Shown one piece after another: positions 62,101 through 64,000 of a stretch of DNA of 64,000 bases. A program made the translations under genes and the position numbers. The notes under the pieces were generated by a model, which was given only the letters and a program-made list of their open reading frames with translations, was not told the origin of the DNA and did no database searches. This DNA comes from Candidatus Oxydemutatoraceae bacterium (GTDB lineage Bacteria > Pseudomonadota > Gammaproteobacteria > Poriferisulfidales > Oxydemutatoraceae): NCBI GenBank assembly GCA_965220085.1, contig CBDCOZ010000003.1, positions 1,344,001 to 1,408,000 on the forward strand, read 5' to 3'. The first letter of the stretch is position 1. Each line of letters opens with the position of its first letter.

Positions 62101-64000
62101 GGCGCGGCTCGCCGCCGTCGATGACCGCCGCTACGTGGTAGACATGCGTCGCGCCAACGGTCGCGCTTGCGTCGTTATAGGTTGTCCGCGTGACGGCCTG
62201 CGCGCCCGTTATCGCCGTCGCGTCGCGATACACGGCGTAAGCGACGGCCGGCGCGCCCGCGCAGTGCGATGTGACGGGCGCCGACCAGAACAAGTCTCTC
62301 GATCCGGCGCCCGCTCTTGATGTCACAGCCGGACCTTCGCGCAACTGGCAGCCAAATTCCTGCCAGCTCGCGTTGCCGTCGCCGTTAAAATCAGCCTTCA
62401 GCGCGGGGTATTGCGAGGCGGCGCCGAAGTCCCAATGGTCGGTCGTGCCGCCTTCGTTCCAGTCGGCGTAGATGCCGGCGTAATCGATCGGGGTTTGCAA
62501 CTCGGCGGTCGTCTTCGCTTCGATGCCGCTTACGGTCGCGCCGGATTCCAGCGAACCGACCGCGGTCGTTTTGCCCGATGCCAGAGTATCCCAGTACGCC
62601 GCGCTCGCCGAGTAATTATTGCCGGCAAGACGGCCGCCAAAACCGCCGCTGTTCGTCGCCGCGCCGGCAATCAACGCGGTCGCATAAGCGTACTTCAGCC
62701 GCGCCGACCCCATGGAGCCGAGCAGACCGCCGGCGTTGCCGCCGGCGCCGGCGGCGCGCGATGCGGTTACAAAACCGGTCGCATAGACGTGCTCCGCGAC
62801 GCTATTCGCGTTATCGATCGCGCCGCCAATCAAACCGCCCGCCTCGGCTGCGCCGGTCACATAGCCGGTGGCATAGCTTGTACGCACCGCGCCGGCATTA
62901 TTAAAGCCGAGCAACGAACCGACCAGCATGCCGCCCTTTGCCGCGACCGCGGAATAAGACCGCTCTATCGCGCCGCCGGTCAATTCGCCGGCGATGCCGC
63001 CGATGCGGTCGTTGTTGTCGCCGCCATTGACCGATCCGCTGACGCCGATGTTTGATACCGCGCCGCCGCTGCCGATGACGCCGAACAGACCTTGGCGGTC
63101 ATTGTCATCCGCCGCGCGATTGATATATAAATTGGCGATTGTTTTGCCGTTGCCGTCGAAGGTTGTCGCGAAGGCATTCGCATCGTCGCCAATCGGCATC
63201 CACTCGACCCGGTCGTCGCCCGTTATTAATAGCGGGGAGGCGGCCGTGCTCCCGCTCGCATAACTCGCCGCATCGTCAAAGTCCAAACCGTTCGCTAACT
63301 CGTAGCCGGCGCAAGCGCCCGGGCAACCCATGCCGGCGGCGGCATCGGGGAAGGCAGCGGCGTAATCGCTCTCATTGCCTGTCGCGGGGGCGCCGTCGCC
63401 GTTCAAATCCCAGCGCACGGCATTGAGTTGTTCCAAGTCGGAAACCTCTATCAGGCCGTCGTCATCGGCGTCATAATCGCGCAAGGCTTCCGCATAGGCG
63501 CGCGCTGCCTCGCCGCCGGCGATGACCGCCGCGACGTGATACGCATATTTCTCTCCGGCAACGCGGCCGCTATCGACGTAGGCATATGTCGTCACGCCGT
63601 TGTCGGTCGCGCTGCTCACCGTGCCGCTCAATTTCGCCCCGTCACGATAGACGGCATACGCGATGGTCGGCGCGGGCGACCACGCCGCGGGAACACGCGG
63701 CGCCGTCCATGTCAATTCGCGGGTCGTCGCGTCAAAGCCGGTCGCGCTCAAGTTCTGCGGCCCTTGCCGCAACTGGTAACCGAACTCTTCCCAGCTCGCG
63801 TTGCCGTCGCCGTTAAAATCAACCTTCAGGACGGGATATTCGTCGCTGTCGCCGAAGTCCCAGTAGTCGCCGCCGCTCTCATCCCACTCGGCATAGATGC
63901 CGGAATAGGTCGTCGGGAGTTGTAACGCCGTTGTCGTCAGACCGCTGATGCCGCTGACGCTGCCATTGCCGATCGCGTTCGCTCTGACCGACGTTATCGT
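56132..64000 (-). CDS. 3' part (>2,600 aa) of a second giant surface protein, paralog of 695-40405, with 14 cadherin-like repeats and the FLEGPLR C-terminus
   Basis: The frame stays open from 63772 to the window edge (TITSVRANAIG...WEEFGYQLR), so the ORF-track start is an artefact. It has the same modules and ends IKLRLRLFLEGPLR*. Confidence 0.92.
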   Translation of the reverse strand, partial: TITSVRANAIGNGSVSGISGLTTTALQLPTTYSGIYAEWDESGGDYWDFGDSDEYPVLKVDFNGDGNASWEEFGYQLRQGPQNLSATGFDATTRELTWTAPRVPAAWSPAPTIAYAVYRDGAKLSGTVSSATDNGVTTYAYVDSGRVAGEKYAYHVAAVIAGGEAARAYAEALRDYDADDDGLIEVSDLEQLNAVRWDLNGDGAPATGNESDYAAAFPDAAAGMGCPGACAGYELANGLDFDDAASYASGSTAASPLLITGDDRVEWMPIGDDANAFATTFDGNGKTIANLYINRAADDNDRQGLFGVIGSGGAVSNIGVSGSVNGGDNNDRIGGIAGELTGGAIERSYSAVAAKGGMLVGSLLGFNNAGAVRTSYATGYVTGAAEAGGLIGGAIDNANSVAEHVYATGFVTASRAAGAGGNAGGLLGSMGSARLKYAYATALIAGAATNSGGFGGRLAGNNYSASAAYWDTLASGKTTAVGSLESGATVSGIEAKTTAELQTPIDYAGIYADWNEGGTTDHWDFGAASQYPALKADFNGDGNASWQEFGCQLREGPAVTSRAGAGSRDLFWSAPVTSHCAGAPAVAYAVYRDATAITGAQAVTRTTYNDASATVGATHVYHVAAVIDGGEPRRGRAVSGATDYDSNDNGLIEISNLEQFDAMRWDPDGDGDTAADRRDDYARAFPDAPVGMGCPGACAGYELTTDLDFDDAASYASRTVNAAWTSGAGWMPIGNAAIKFTATFNGNGHTIYNLYLDRNGHRQALFGYADGATLSNLGVTGSVTALLSNNTDTGGLVGLANNTTIEEAYSAVAVTGGLRASPLAGFITGGGAVRRSYASGNVHADREPAGISGAIRDGATAEHAYATGRMDATRGSEKTSPGGLFGWFGDATLNYGYATAQIARGASARGGIAGTNSGSHAGAFAAVCWDSDTSDVSAGFGSGSAAGDSGDVAAKTTAELQAPTTYAGIYAGWDANDSAGNATDYWDFGTASQYPALKIDFDGDSNASWQEFGCQLRDGPQGLNGNLPDSDDTTVVTLAWTPPDTSHWTDGACVDAAADMTYRIYRNGAALSGASGLKTATYAATGAANGDAYHVAAVINGGEASRSVYHYELAGILSIRDREGAANAIAENTTTGTVISSVVLAAQVADGSAVSGVTWGLAEPSGLFAIDRDSGEITVIGALDFETAQSHAITVTAMAAGYATAAWELTIHIANTVESLTIEDSDSAANMIAEDASSGTRVSGIDLTANEGELEVTEGLRWALTDGAGGLFAIDRDSGEIRLIGALDFETAESHTITAQVSMAAFVRTLTLTIDVKDVAEILMITDSDSAANAIAENAPAGAAVSGVAPTARDVDGAVVSGVTWGLIDPSGLFAIDRDSGEVTAVGALNFEIAERHAITVTAAADGYETAAWELTITIENALEALEITDSNSATNAIAENATAGAQVDGIMFVVRDERNEPITTGLAWKLTDNADGLFAIDAASGAISLRASAALDYESTRTYAVMATVEVGDVASAALSLAITIENALETLKVTDSDSAANTIAENATAGAQVDGIALIARDENAEPVTTGLAWKLTDDADGLFAIDADSGAISLRASDMLDYESTRTTYAVMAAVEVGDVASAALTLAITIENALETLKVTDSDSTTNTIAENATAGAQVDGIAFVVRDENDEPVTAGLAWKLTDDADGLFAIDVDSGAISLRASATLDYESTQTHAVMATAEVGDVASAALPLAITIENALETLKVTDSDSTTNTIAENATAGAQVDGIAFIVRDENNKRVTTGVTWKLTDDAGGLFKIAADSGEITLATAALDYESTQTHAVMATAEVGDVASAALPLEITIENALETLEITDSNPATNVIAENATAGAQVDGIAFIVRDENNKRVTTGLAWKLTDDAGGVFKIAADSGEITLATAALDYESTQTHAVMATAEVGDVASAALPLEITIENALETLTVTDSNPATNVIAEDAAIGAQVDGIALIARDENDEPVTTGVTWKLTDGARGLFAADAVSGAISLRTFAMPDYESMPMHTVMVTAQVGDVASAAFPLEITVENVLETLTVTDSNPATNTIAENTDVGAPVDGIALMARDENENRVTTGVTWKLTDDAGGLFKIAADSGEITLATAALDYESAQIYTLWVAVEVGGVTSSVFPLEITIENALETLKVTDSNSAINAIAENATAGAQVDGIALVVRDERNEPVTTGLAWKLTDNADGLFAIDADSGAISLRASAALDYESTQTTYAVMAAVEVGDVASAALPLPITIENVLEALKVTDSNSTTNTIAENAPAGAQVDGIALVVRDERNEPVTTGLAWKLTDDAGGVFKISTDSGAISLRASDTLDYESTRTTYAVMATAAVGDVAAAALTVEITIENALETLEVTDSDPATNTIAENAPAGAQVDGIALVARDENDEPVTTGVTWELTDNADGLFAADAISGAISLRASAALDYESTQTHAVMATAEVGDVVSAALPLLITIENVPDTLTVTDDDGASSIIAENAAAGAQVGGITFMVRDENNEPVTTGLTWTLTDDAGGLFVIDAESGEITLAAAASDYGDAREHTLMVQVTRDGETSVPFPVRVYAGGMFGLDSTDAPRIKLRLRLFLEGPLR
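56200..60660 (-). repeat. 14 tandem cadherin-like coding repeats (about 318-324 bp)
   Basis: 14 LD[YF]E-type motifs counted. Repeats 4-13 are highly similar at the DNA level. Confidence 0.88.

Noticed and set aside
63770-63772. Start codon of giant B as given in the ORF track
   Set aside because: It is an internal TTG (Leu of QLR); the frame is open to the window edge.

Overview
GC-rich bacterial DNA dominated by two paralogous giant, minus-strand, repeat-built surface proteins. The first is a complete 13,236-aa protein (695-40405): a signal peptide, 27 modules of about 480 aa, then 2 cadherin-like domains. The second is the 3' end of a paralog (56132 to beyond 64000) with the same modules plus 14 cadherin-like domains. 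Both end in the same short motif, [IL]RLR[VL]FLEGPLR*, with no recognisable secretion or anchoring domain; this is the best candidate for an undescribed sorting or anchoring signal. Between them lies a lower-GC defence island of about 14.5 kb, bracketed by two 195-bp IS1595-derived MITEs. Their flanks show a nested pattern of 8-bp duplications, suggesting capture of a circular molecule. The island holds a type I RM operon interleaved with other defence modules: HEPN, an MNT::HsdS fusion, SIR2, a frameshifted HerA and a DUF1828/1829-like gene. It also carries an older decayed HEPN-MNT-hsdS cassette, a Schlafen/AlbA_2 ATP-binding gene under a duplicated hsdM promoter/leader, and several repeat arrays. 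All family assignments come from reading motifs by eye; no database searches were run.
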